Positions 18,793 through 28,355 of a stretch of DNA of 64,000 nucleotides are shown piece after piece. How positions within the stretch are numbered: position 1 is the stretch's first letter; each line of letters begins with the position of its first letter. Position numbers and translations under genes: made by a program. The stretch lies in IMG/VR virus record IMGVR_UViG_3300031216_000010; one strand, 5' to 3'. Source of the stretch: an uncultured virus (IMG/VR IMGVR_UViG_3300031216_000010) (Duplodnaviria > Heunggongvirae > Uroviricota > Caudoviricetes). The notes beneath the pieces are model-generated. The model saw only the letters and a program-made list of their open reading frames with translations. It searched no databases and was not told the origin of the DNA.

Positions 18793-20133
18793 ATGGCTGC
18801 TGGACCTCGTGATAGAAAGACAACGACAAAGGAGCGTCAGAACCCGACGCACCCCCTTCCGCCGTTGAACACGAATGTCCAATGGGCTTTTTCCAGTACC
18901 TTTACGGGCGTGGATATCCACTGGACAGACCCGGCCTTGTTGCCGAACAACACTGGCTTCGACATCCTCGGAGTCAATGTCTACCGCTCTTTCGACTCAG
19001 AGTTTGGCCCTTTCACCCGACTCAATACGAATCCATTAGGTGCTACCTTTTACCGTGACGAGACGACCAGTGAAGCGGTGGTCCAAGAGGACGTTAGTGC
19101 TCGCTTCGTCGCACAAGGTGATGAACAGGGCCGGTGGATCTTCCGAGTTCGGAACTACCCCATCACGACCCCAGACAATCCTGACGTTGTGGCAAACAGT
19201 TCGGCTGACGTACAAGTCTTCATAGACGGAGTGGAGATCAATCCCGCTCGTGTCTATGGGGAGACAGGTGAGGTAGAGCTTCAAACGGCCTACCAGTATG
19301 ATACTGCAACCAATGAGCGCATAGACCCTGCATTGCCGGGTCCAAACTCAGTGGTTACGTGCTCCTACCGGTACAATGCCAACCTCATCGAGAATGACCT
19401 GTACAAGCGCACATTTTACCGGGTCACAACCGTGGCTTACGATAAGTGGGATGGTGTGCTCAAAGAGACTCCAATGGAGTGGACAGAATCTCGCCATATC
19501 CAGCAGATGGAGAACCTAGACTACATATGGCGTGAGGCTATCCGCCGTAACAGGTGGATATTGGATCAAGGTGGAGAGCGGGTGAAGGTTTTTCTTCACA
19601 AGTACCGGGGTGTTACATGTAAGTGTAAGCGTCCAGATGACCCTCACCCCCGTAATGATTGTGGTTCGTGTTTCGGTACTGGAATCCGTGGTGGCTACGA
19701 AGGCCCTTACAATATTCTAATGGCTCCGCCCGACGCCGAGCGCATTATCCGTCAGACCGAAAGAGGTAGGGTAGAAGAGATGGTCTACGATGTCTGGACT
19801 GGACCCCAGCCATTGCTCTCACAGAGAGACTTCATGGTTAAAATGAACGGTGACCGCTATTCGATTGGTTCGGTGCGTATGCCGACCAACCGAGGAAATG
19901 TCTTACAGCAACACTTCAATGTGGACATCCTCGATAAGAGGGACATTCGCTACGATGTGCCTGTGACGGGTACGGATGCTCTGGCTTTCCCAGAGACCCG
20001 TACTATTGATTGGGATGATGAGAAAGATGAAGTTCGGTACCCTCAAATCACAGATGACTCAGCAGTGTCGAACGACATTGAAGAGCAAGGACGTACTCCC
20101 GTTTGGGAGAACATAAGCGGAGGCGGACAGTAA
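18793..20133 (+). CDS. Putative neck/head-closure protein with Cys cluster
   Basis: 446 aa; CKC...CGSCFGTG; contains a beta-module shared with the tail sheath. Confidence 0.55.
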   Translation: MAAGPRDRKTTTKERQNPTHPLPPLNTNVQWAFSSTFTGVDIHWTDPALLPNNTGFDILGVNVYRSFDSEFGPFTRLNTNPLGATFYRDETTSEAVVQEDVSARFVAQGDEQGRWIFRVRNYPITTPDNPDVVANSSADVQVFIDGVEINPARVYGETGEVELQTAYQYDTATNERIDPALPGPNSVVTCSYRYNANLIENDLYKRTFYRVTTVAYDKWDGVLKETPMEWTESRHIQQMENLDYIWREAIRRNRWILDQGGERVKVFLHKYRGVTCKCKRPDDPHPRNDCGSCFGTGIRGGYEGPYNILMAPPDAERIIRQTERGRVEEMVYDVWTGPQPLLSQRDFMVKMNGDRYSIGSVRMPTNRGNVLQQHFNVDILDKRDIRYDVPVTGTDALAFPETRTIDWDDEKDEVRYPQITDDSAVSNDIEEQGRTPVWENISGGGQ

Positions 20134-20157
20134 TCGCCCGCCCCACAGGAGAATACA

Positions 20158-20439
20158 ATGAACAAGAAGCGAGTAGCAAAAATGGTGGCCTTTCGTGCTT
20201 TCGGGCAGAGGCTTTCGTACAAGGCTAAAGGCGACGTCGAGAAGATGATGGGCGAAATGCTCACACAGCAACTCGGAGTCTCAGACGCCAAGAAAGAATT
20301 CTTTGACACGGCTAAGAAGAAGCTGGACAAGGCTTTGGAAGAGGCGGGTGTGGATATGGACCTCAAGGATGACGACGTGTACCCTTACCTCCATCGTGCT
20401 GTCATGGAGACTGCCGACGAGATGGGTCTTGTGAAGTGA
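20158..20439 (+). CDS. Hypothetical protein
   Basis: AGGAG RBS; N-terminal KRVAKMVA. Confidence 0.65.
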   Translation: MNKKRVAKMVAFRAFGQRLSYKAKGDVEKMMGEMLTQQLGVSDAKKEFFDTAKKKLDKALEEAGVDMDLKDDDVYPYLHRAVMETADEMGLVK

Positions 20440-20951
20440 TCATACAGAAGGGACTCGTGGGTAAGTTTTTGTGGCACCCCAACACATATGCCACGGACTT
20501 GATGGTTGCGTGCTTTAAGGCTTATGTGGGGGATTATCCTGTCCACAGCGCCCGCGACGTGTTGCATTCCGCACACGGGTTCTTGAATATATCTTTTGGT
20601 AGGAGGTCGGGGCACTCTACCGCTATCAAGCGGTACATTGAGCAGCACCCGGACACCGAGTGTGTCGTGATTTCAGACCGCGCCAACTTTCTCCACACAA
20701 GGAACCTGCGCAATTTTGTGTCTTTGAAGATGCTTGATTTTCTGAGAGGTCGCAGTCCCGATGTCATTTTTGTGGATGTAGGATACCGCTCCTTTATGGA
20801 TTACCTTTCAGCTATCACCACCGCCCTAGCACCCTTTAGGGACTACGGGGTTAAGGTCATTACGACGGTAAGTGACGGTCTGGAGACACACAACTGGAAA
20901 GACCCCGTGTTGGTCGAAGTCGGGGGCCACTTTCAGTGCTCACGCAACTAG
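20436..20951 (+). CDS. Hypothetical protein with degenerate P-loop-like segment
   Basis: GRRSGHST and DVIFVD. Confidence 0.5.
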   Translation: MIIQKGLVGKFLWHPNTYATDLMVACFKAYVGDYPVHSARDVLHSAHGFLNISFGRRSGHSTAIKRYIEQHPDTECVVISDRANFLHTRNLRNFVSLKMLDFLRGRSPDVIFVDVGYRSFMDYLSAITTALAPFRDYGVKVITTVSDGLETHNWKDPVLVEVGGHFQCSRN

Positions 20952-20954
20952 GAT

Positions 20955-21155
20955 GTGATGGATATGACATTGAATCGAAGTACCGAAAAGAGAATTACCA
21001 GCCGTCTTAACATACGGGCGTCACGTGATTCGGTACCTCTGTACCGTATGTTCATCAAAGACCAGAGGCAGGGCACCGTGGTCGTGGGTAGTGTTGCAGA
21101 TATCTCAGCACTTCGGAAAGAGATTGCAAAGCAGATAGGAGGCAAGCATGGCTAA
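20955..21155 (+). CDS. Hypothetical protein
   Basis: 66-aa ORF overlapping the next start. Confidence 0.5.
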   Translation: MMDMTLNRSTEKRITSRLNIRASRDSVPLYRMFIKDQRQGTVVVGSVADISALRKEIAKQIGGKHG

Positions 21156-21657
21156 TAAATTCAGACTTAAGGGCGTTTACGGTAAGCCTATAGCCAAGAA
21201 CACCCCCCTAGAAGATCAGCATGACCGTACGAAACTCTTGGAAGAGGTAGGCCGAGAAGCTATCATGGAGATCCAGAAAGAGATACGGCGTATGTCTTTT
21301 AAGGGCCAGCCGACAGAACTGCTCAACTCTTTTTCGTTCAAGGTTATAGGTAAGTCCACCCTCGTTATTGAGTCAGATCACCCCGCAGCGAAGTACCTCA
21401 ACTCGGGCGTTAAGGCTTACCAGATGACCCATTTGACGAAGGCTAACCGTCCTATCCCTATTGTAAAGGACAATGGCGAGCTAGTCTTTCGTAACGCCAC
21501 GCCGAAGTCTATGCAGGAAGGCAAGTGGCAGCACCCCGGTTTCAAAGGCAAGCATTTCTTAGAGCGTGGTATCGAAAAGGCCAGAGATAAGGTCAAGGAA
21601 AAGATTTCGGGCCAGATAAAGGACGAAGTTAAGAAACGACTGATGGGTGGTAAATGA
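21148..21657 (+). CDS. Putative tail-completion/neck protein (HK97 gp10-like)
   Basis: AGGAGG RBS; basic; AKYLNSG and HPG.KGKHFLE motifs. Confidence 0.55.
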   Translation: MANKFRLKGVYGKPIAKNTPLEDQHDRTKLLEEVGREAIMEIQKEIRRMSFKGQPTELLNSFSFKVIGKSTLVIESDHPAAKYLNSGVKAYQMTHLTKANRPIPIVKDNGELVFRNATPKSMQEGKWQHPGFKGKHFLERGIEKARDKVKEKISGQIKDEVKKRLMGGK

Positions 21658-22352
21658 ACAAGTTCATCGTCATTATGGGTAAGGTGATTGGGGGTCATAC
21701 CATTCGAGACTTAGGCATCACGGTACCGTACCAACAGTCGATAACCATAGAGGCTGGCCGGGCAGCGTGGTCCCGTGACTTGAACCATGCTATCCAGCAA
21801 AAGCAAGTGGAGAAGGTCAAGGTGATCACAGGCACGGAAGCCTCGCCTGTGACTCCCCCTAAGCGCCGTGTGAAGAGGGTGCAGCCTAAGCCTAAGCACA
21901 CGACTAAAGCACCTCTTACCGATGACCTGCCTGACATCCCAGAAGAGGGTGAGGGGCTGGGAGAAGGCAGCTTCGCCAAGAGTGAAGCCCTGTTAGAGAA
22001 GTCTCTGGAAGAGAATGAGAAATTGCGTAAGATGAACTCCGACCTGATGGGTGCCATCAATCAACTCATCAATCAGCAAGAGAAGTTTGGGGACCAGTTT
22101 TCGGAATACATGGAGCGGCCCGCGCATGTAGCAGCCTCGCCTCCGCCAAAAAATCCCCATACTACGCCTTCTAAATCTTCGGATGCAGTTGATGGGGATG
22201 CTCCGGCCTTTATCCCGTCAAAGATTAGGACAGGGCGGGCGAAAACCAGCAAGGGTGTGGGTGTGTCGTCAGAATCAAGTAAAGGCTCCAGCTTTGACGA
22301 CGCCGCAAACGCTCTAGCAGCCCTGCGTAAAAAAGGGGATGAGGATGACTGA
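21654..22352 (+). CDS. Hypothetical protein
   Basis: 232 aa; coiled-coil and low-complexity segments. Confidence 0.6.
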   Translation: MNKFIVIMGKVIGGHTIRDLGITVPYQQSITIEAGRAAWSRDLNHAIQQKQVEKVKVITGTEASPVTPPKRRVKRVQPKPKHTTKAPLTDDLPDIPEEGEGLGEGSFAKSEALLEKSLEENEKLRKMNSDLMGAINQLINQQEKFGDQFSEYMERPAHVAASPPPKNPHTTPSKSSDAVDGDAPAFIPSKIRTGRAKTSKGVGVSSESSKGSSFDDAANALAALRKKGDEDD

Positions 22353-23751
22353 TCTAAGTCAAAAGGTTGCTTATCAGCACCTCATCCGCTTGGCGGGAAC
22401 AGGAAGGTGGGGTCAGCGTGTTGCATCAGCGGCACTCCAAGACTACGACAGCCTCGTGGATGCAATGGAAGAGGAACCCGAGCTTATGGGTCAGGTTCTA
22501 GAGAGCCTTGCTTCTATGGGGTATCTGTCGTACCAAGATGGTGCACTCCATTACCGAGAGGCACGTCACGTGAGTGCTGAGACAAAACACGACCAATCTA
22601 TTGCGCTGATGCGCTTTCTAGCTAAAGAATCAAAACGCCTCGGCGTTGGGGAGCACGTCTACGTGGTAGGCGGCGCAGTCCGAAACTTCGTCATCGACCG
22701 ACCTATCAAAGACATCGATGTTGTCATTGATTCTGTGGCCCTTAGAGGTAAGGATTCTGATTGGTTTGCTAAGAAGCTTCAACAGGCTATTCCTGCTAAA
22801 ACCTCTCTAAAGACCAACCAATACGGGGTGGCCATCTTAGCCGTAAATGAGTCGTGGGTTGTTGATGGGGAAGAATTGCAGGGGGAGGTCATTGAGATAG
22901 CGAACGCACGCAAAGAGTCTTATGGGGGAGAGGGCGGCAAGGGGTACAAACCCCACATGGTTGAGCCGTCCACGATAGAAGAGGACATAGGTCGACGTGA
23001 GTTTACTTTTAATACGCTACTCTGGCAGTTATCGGAACTAGCACAAGGGCCAGATAAGGCTGAGATTATCGACCTCACTGGCTGTGGTCTCCGGGATTTA
23101 GAGGAGGGTGTTATGAAGTGCCCCTCGAACCCTGATAAGACATTTAGTGACGACCCTACCCGTATGCTTCGGGCTGTGAAATTCTTGGTCAAGTACGGCT
23201 TCAAGATTCATCCCGAAGTGGCGCAGGCTATCCGCCGCAACGCCCGTAAAATCAAGAAAGCTCCTCAGAACGCTATCGCTGACATTTTGGTTAATGACAT
23301 CTTGGAGATGAGCCAGTCTAAGAAAGTGCTCAAAGTGCTAGGTGACCTTGGCCTTCTGGCCGAGATTTCGGACCTTCTGGAACAAGACAAAGCTTTCCGG
23401 GCCACGCTTGCAAATTGGGCTAGGGGCAATGCTAAGGTCGTCTTCCTGTTTGATATGATGGATGTGGGCCTTCCTCTCTACAACCGCTTACACTTCCTCG
23501 ACGACGCTCAGATGGCGGTCCTACGTCAGATAGCTCTGGAGATGGATGAGAGAGATGCGTCTGCGTTCGTGGATATGCTCAAACAGCCGGGCAAGGTCAT
23601 GGACACCGCCCAGCTTATTAAAGAATTTGACCTCAAAGGTCGGCAGGTTGCAGACCTTATGGACACCGCCCGAGACGTTCTTCTAGATAATCCAGCACTG
23701 CGGAAGAACACCCGCAAGCTCACCGACGCGGTCGGTAATCGTTTTCGGTAA
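22345..23751 (+). CDS. cca: Class II tRNA nucleotidyltransferase (CCA-adding/poly(A) polymerase family) with N-terminal extension
   Basis: VVGGAVRN..DID, ARKESY, D..RREFTFN and DDPTRMLRAVKF motifs. Confidence 0.85.
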   Translation: MTDLSQKVAYQHLIRLAGTGRWGQRVASAALQDYDSLVDAMEEEPELMGQVLESLASMGYLSYQDGALHYREARHVSAETKHDQSIALMRFLAKESKRLGVGEHVYVVGGAVRNFVIDRPIKDIDVVIDSVALRGKDSDWFAKKLQQAIPAKTSLKTNQYGVAILAVNESWVVDGEELQGEVIEIANARKESYGGEGGKGYKPHMVEPSTIEEDIGRREFTFNTLLWQLSELAQGPDKAEIIDLTGCGLRDLEEGVMKCPSNPDKTFSDDPTRMLRAVKFLVKYGFKIHPEVAQAIRRNARKIKKAPQNAIADILVNDILEMSQSKKVLKVLGDLGLLAEISDLLEQDKAFRATLANWARGNAKVVFLFDMMDVGLPLYNRLHFLDDAQMAVLRQIALEMDERDASAFVDMLKQPGKVMDTAQLIKEFDLKGRQVADLMDTARDVLLDNPALRKNTRKLTDAVGNRFR

Positions 23752-23760
23752 TCCTTTTGT
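23747..23760 (+). promoter_or_regulatory. Putative late promoter GGTAAT-N4-TTGT
   Basis: Same core as 9125; partial tandem copy at 23734. Confidence 0.55.
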
Positions 23761-23811
23761 GATGAGCGTGATTGTTACCAACAACCCTTTTTACCTAAAT
23801 GGTTTTAAAAA

Positions 23812-24264
23812 ATGTCAGACAGAAAGCTAAGAGCCAGCCTCATCAAACTCGCCTACGAAAATCCCGAGCTTCGGGCTGATCTGCTTCCCCTTATCAAAGA
23901 GGGCGGAGACAACTCCACTTTCAAGTGCCCGAAGTGCGACTCGAAGGTACTGGAGCAAACCTCCTATTGCGTCAAGTGCAAAAAGAAGGTCAAGAAATCC
24001 TCTGGTAGTGACCTAGCGGACATGGTTATGCCTAGCGCCGACGTCATGGATGCGGCTTACAAACTGGACGAAGGGAACCGGCGACTGCTTATGGACGTCT
24101 ACGATGAGCTTCGGGAGCGTATCAGTGTTGATAGAGGAACCCTAGAGGCCCTGCATCGCCTTATGAACGTTGTCGGGGGGCACACACGTCGTCCCGACGA
24201 CATCCGAAACCAACTCGCGAAAGCGGCTAATCAACTCGGCCTTAAAACCCCTCTCAGCTTCTAA
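23812..24264 (+). CDS. Zinc-ribbon protein with shared leader
   Basis: LRASLIKLAYENPELRADLLPLIKEG then CPKC..CVKC. Confidence 0.75.
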   Translation: MSDRKLRASLIKLAYENPELRADLLPLIKEGGDNSTFKCPKCDSKVLEQTSYCVKCKKKVKKSSGSDLADMVMPSADVMDAAYKLDEGNRRLLMDVYDELRERISVDRGTLEALHRLMNVVGGHTRRPDDIRNQLAKAANQLGLKTPLSF

Positions 24265-24303
24265 GGAAGATCGATCAATGTCTAAAGACCTAAGGAAAAA
24301 ATC

Positions 24304-24402
24304 ATGTCAGACCGGAAACTAAGAGCCAGCCTCATCAAACTCGCCTACGAAAATCCCGAGCTTCGGGCTGATCTGCTCCCTCTTTTTATGGGGTGGGATT
24401 AA
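24304..24402 (+). pseudogene. Leader-only 32-aa ORF duplicating the 23812 leader
   Basis: MSDRKLRASLIKLAYENPELRADLLPLFMGWD*; about 80 bp near-identical to the start of the 23812 gene. Confidence 0.75.
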
Positions 24403-24405
24403 GCC

Positions 24406-25581
24406 TTGCCGAAACGAATCGACATAGACCCCGGCGATCTGGCAGATGCTCTTTCGACCGGGGCCACCTATGACGAGATTGCAGAGACCTACGGGTGCTC
24501 TGCTTCAACGATTGCAAAACGAGTCAAAGAGTATGGACTGGAAGCCGAGGCTTCTGACAGTGAGGGAAGTAAAATGAGTGAAGACAAGAAAGCAGCATTA
24601 GGAGTGGGCCTCGACATCGGCACGATGAACATCGTCGCTGCCCGGAAGGTAGATTCTAGCGTAGAGACGAAGCGCATCCGTGATGCGTTCCTCGACTTAG
24701 AAGCAGAGGCAAAGAAGATGCTCAATATGAGTGGTGTGTCTTACATCGAGTACGAGGACAAAATCCTCATTCTGGGAGACCCCGCTATTGAGACTGCAAA
24801 CCTCTTCAAGCGAGAGGCGCGCCGCCCCTTGTCACAGGGTCTTATCTCAGCTTCTGAGATTGACGCCCTTGAGGTGCTTTCTATCTTGATTGAGAATGTG
24901 GTGGGTGAGCCTCAGGAAGACAATGAAGTCTGCTATTACTCTATCCCAGCCGCCCCACTCGATATGCCGGGCCAAGATGTTCTCTACCATGAGGCGGTCT
25001 TCGCCAAGATTCTAGAAGAGCTTGGGTACGACGCTATCTCAGGTAATGAGGCGATGGCTATTGTTTACTCAGAGTGTGCCGCAGATCAATTCAGCGGCAT
25101 CGGTATCTCATTCGGTAGCGGCATGGTCAACTGTGCCCTCTCGTACATGACGATGCCTATCATGGAGTTCTCACTTGCCCGTGGCGGTGACTGGATTGAC
25201 CGTAACGCTGCGAATGCAGTGGGTTCAACTGCCAGCCGCCTTTGCTCCATCAAAGAGAAAGGGCTAGACCTGACGCAGCCAAATAGTCGGGAAGAGGAAG
25301 CACTGGTCGTATACTACAAGAGCCTCATCAAGTATGCACTAGACAACATCTCCAAGAAGTTCAAAGAGACTCAGAATGACACGGAATTGCAGAAATCGAT
25401 TCCCATTGTCGTCAGCGGGGGTACCTCCCTAGCAGGAGGCTTCCTCGATCTGTTCAAGGAAGTATTTGAGAAGCAGCGGAATCGTTTCCCAATCGAAATT
25501 AGTGAAATCCGGCAAGCCGAAGACCCTATGACCTCTGTGGCTCAGGGCCTTTTAGTGCAGGCCATGCAAGAGTACATCTAA
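24406..25581 (+). CDS. Actin-fold ATPase (MreB/ParM-like) with in-frame N-terminal HTH; internal ATG at 24574
   Basis: GLDIGT phosphate-1, GISFGSG phosphate-2 and SGGTS adenosine motifs. Confidence 0.8.
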   Translation: MPKRIDIDPGDLADALSTGATYDEIAETYGCSASTIAKRVKEYGLEAEASDSEGSKMSEDKKAALGVGLDIGTMNIVAARKVDSSVETKRIRDAFLDLEAEAKKMLNMSGVSYIEYEDKILILGDPAIETANLFKREARRPLSQGLISASEIDALEVLSILIENVVGEPQEDNEVCYYSIPAAPLDMPGQDVLYHEAVFAKILEELGYDAISGNEAMAIVYSECAADQFSGIGISFGSGMVNCALSYMTMPIMEFSLARGGDWIDRNAANAVGSTASRLCSIKEKGLDLTQPNSREEEALVVYYKSLIKYALDNISKKFKETQNDTELQKSIPIVVSGGTSLAGGFLDLFKEVFEKQRNRFPIEISEIRQAEDPMTSVAQGLLVQAMQEYI

Positions 25582-25596
25582 CAAAAGGCCCATATC

Positions 25597-26043
25597 ATGT
25601 CTGATCTAAAACAAGAACTTATCCGGCTCGGCTCAGTCCGCAAAGACTTACGCCCCCATATCCGCCCCTTACTGGAGAAGATGCAGACCCGCACGGCTGG
25701 TCTTAAGCATTGGGACCAGTGGGAGCAGGTACGGGACATGCTCGGACCAGAGGAAGCCCTGATCAACGTCATGGGCTATGCTGGGGACAATAAGGTACGC
25801 GACCAGTTTGAGTACATGGCTCGCATGTGGGACATTCCGGTGGAAGTTACCCGCCGTTCCCGCCCCGGCGACCTGATTGATGACTTCGAGCCGTATTTCC
25901 GAAACATGGAAAAGCTCGCAGACGAATTTGTCCAAGGCATGGAAGACCGCCTTATTGGTGGGGCAATCAAAGATATTGCCCGCCATTACGACATTCGGGT
26001 ATCCAGCCGCACCTTGAATGATCATGTATGTACAAATACCTAA
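25597..26043 (+). CDS. Hypothetical protein with shared leader
   Basis: LKQELIRLGSVRKDLRPHIRPLLEKMQTRTA. Confidence 0.7.
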   Translation: MSDLKQELIRLGSVRKDLRPHIRPLLEKMQTRTAGLKHWDQWEQVRDMLGPEEALINVMGYAGDNKVRDQFEYMARMWDIPVEVTRRSRPGDLIDDFEPYFRNMEKLADEFVQGMEDRLIGGAIKDIARHYDIRVSSRTLNDHVCTNT

Positions 26044-27809
26044 CCAGAGCAGTCAAGAAGCGGATCATGGAGACTCTACGATTCTGCTTCGACGCCAATC
26101 CTCAGCACAGGGATGTGGTTGACCATATTCGTGAGAAGTACAGCTTCGACGAAAGGCCGCAGAAGGGTATTGTCATTCAAGGTGCTTCGGCCTCCCCACA
26201 GTCTCTGTCCTCCGACAACTATATCGGGTCACTTTACTCCTATTTGATGCTAGCCAAGGTAGACGACTACCGGGGGACAGCACTTGAGTGGGTACGGGAG
26301 GATGATACTGCTATACGGGCCAACGGTAACGTGTTTCCCTCGGAGCCGGGCGTCTATTACGTCCAAGTAGAAGAGGTGGAGCTAGCCGGTGAGGTGAATG
26401 AGTTTCAGTTCTATGTTGACCCCCTGCTCACTATCCGGCAAGAGCCAATCATTCAATTCCAGACGGGCACCGAACAGAATGCTATTCTGACTCACGCCCC
26501 GGTGCTGGAAAACAGTGTAAGGCTCTACGAGTACCCCAACCAGCCTTTATTCACGGGGACCGCTATCACATTAACAGCCGATGAGTCTTTGGAACTAGGC
26601 GGCTCTGGTACGCATGTGGCACTTGGTCTTCCTACGGGGCAGATACCTGTAACCGTCACAGGGTCGAATACTCAGCCCTTCACGGTGACCAGCGGGACAG
26701 ATGATGTTCTATCTTTTGAGCTTAACGGCACGGCAGTGTCCGTGACCTTCACGGCAGGGACAGGGATTCTGGCAGACGACATCGCTTTGGAAATTGAAGC
26801 CGCGATTATCGCTGCCGGAGTGGATGGGCTGACCTATTCGGTAGGTGTGTCCAGTGGTGCTGTGTCGATAGATGCCGATGTTTCTTTGTCTTTTGACGCT
26901 GACCTAACCTCGACGGCCAACCCACTGCTAGGCTTTACGGAAGGCTTTGTGCCGGTGTCCGTGACGGGCCTTATAGTGGAGCCGACTGTCCCCTCTAGCG
27001 CAACCTTTAAGGCTGTGGTGGACGGGGTAGACCGGGAAATAGCTCTTTTAGAAGGCAATCAGGCGGTCACAGAAATTGCTAACCAGATATTGACTGGCTT
27101 TTCCACTACTTCTCTGGGCGTATCGACCGGCGACGCAGGCGATTACTCCTTTGACCCGCAGACTGGAGAGATAACGTGGCTTCGGACATTTGTTCCGGGC
27201 ACGCAAGTTCTTGCAGACTACCGTTATCCCGTAGCTACCCGTGGACCTTATCCTATCGGAGTAGGGGAGGTCGCTAACAATGAAGCCATCCCCGGCGCTG
27301 TCCTCGCTTTCGGAAAGGAACTGGAAGACCAAGACGTTATGGCGGTGGTAGTAGAGGGTACCCGTTCGGAGGTAGCAGATGCCTATGGAGGCAAGTTCAA
27401 CGTTTCCTTAGACATTGACATCATTGCACGGGATTCGATGACTCGTAGCGAGATGGCGGACCTCATTGTGATGTACCTCTGGCAGTGGCGTAGAGAGAGA
27501 CTGGCAGAAGAGGGTATCATCATCGAGGACGCATCCTTCGGCGGCGAGTCCGAGGAACCATACGACGAGACTGGAGACGACTATTACTATATGGGCAACG
27601 TGTCGCTGACGCTTCTAACTGATTGGGAGATATTGATTGCCCGGCCTCTCTATATCACAAGGGTAACGCCGTACAGCTTCGACCAAGATGCACAGGTGGC
27701 CGCAGCGCAGGATGGCATCCTTTTGGATAGCCCAGACGGGTTTGAGTTTAGTGACGCAGCTACCATCTACCGGGTTGACCCGTTAGGTGGTTTTGAGAAG
27801 CTGAGATAA
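26028..27809 (+). CDS. Putative tail terminator/completion protein with inserted beta-domains
   Basis: 593 aa upstream of sheath; internal domains resemble sheath inserts (ANxxLG motif). Confidence 0.55.
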   Translation: MYKYLTRAVKKRIMETLRFCFDANPQHRDVVDHIREKYSFDERPQKGIVIQGASASPQSLSSDNYIGSLYSYLMLAKVDDYRGTALEWVREDDTAIRANGNVFPSEPGVYYVQVEEVELAGEVNEFQFYVDPLLTIRQEPIIQFQTGTEQNAILTHAPVLENSVRLYEYPNQPLFTGTAITLTADESLELGGSGTHVALGLPTGQIPVTVTGSNTQPFTVTSGTDDVLSFELNGTAVSVTFTAGTGILADDIALEIEAAIIAAGVDGLTYSVGVSSGAVSIDADVSLSFDADLTSTANPLLGFTEGFVPVSVTGLIVEPTVPSSATFKAVVDGVDREIALLEGNQAVTEIANQILTGFSTTSLGVSTGDAGDYSFDPQTGEITWLRTFVPGTQVLADYRYPVATRGPYPIGVGEVANNEAIPGAVLAFGKELEDQDVMAVVVEGTRSEVADAYGGKFNVSLDIDIIARDSMTRSEMADLIVMYLWQWRRERLAEEGIIIEDASFGGESEEPYDETGDDYYYMGNVSLTLLTDWEILIARPLYITRVTPYSFDQDAQVAAAQDGILLDSPDGFEFSDAATIYRVDPLGGFEKLR

Positions 27810-27860
27810 TTTGGCATCTCGGTTAAGTGTTTATATCGAATTGGAAGTAGAGGTTTAGGC

Positions 27861-28283
27861 ATGGCAGTACACGTATATGGCTGTAGTGCATGTGGTCTTC
27901 AAGAGGAGAAGCTGTACCGCAAAGAAGCCCCGCCATCTATTTCGTGCCCCGCATGTGGTAAGGAAGCCCCGAAGATGATTTCAGATTTCGGCTTCGTATT
28001 TGCGGACGGAAAGGTACCGGGAAACACAGGTGTAGACTCACTTGATAAGGATCATGATAAACGAATCGGTCGTGACGCTCAGAGTCGCTGGGAGTACATC
28101 AAAGACCGAAACAGTCGTAAGAGACAAGTTCAGCAAGATCATGGGGACGTCGGCAAGGTGCCGTTGCGTCTCAACAAAGAAGGCGAATATGAACCAATGC
28201 CAAAAGAAGATGTGCAGAGGTTCCGCAGGCTCCATCAGCAAAACGCTGAGGCGATTGCGCAAACAGAAGCATCCGAAGATTGA
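27861..28283 (+). CDS. FmdB-type zinc-ribbon protein
   Basis: YGCSACG...CPACG...ISDFGF. Confidence 0.75.
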   Translation: MAVHVYGCSACGLQEEKLYRKEAPPSISCPACGKEAPKMISDFGFVFADGKVPGNTGVDSLDKDHDKRIGRDAQSRWEYIKDRNSRKRQVQQDHGDVGKVPLRLNKEGEYEPMPKEDVQRFRRLHQQNAEAIAQTEASED

Positions 28284-28355
28284 TTCGGTAATTCATTGAT
28301 ATTCGTCTTCATTGACTGATCGCATTCATAGCAGCGATAAAACGCGAGGTTCGTC

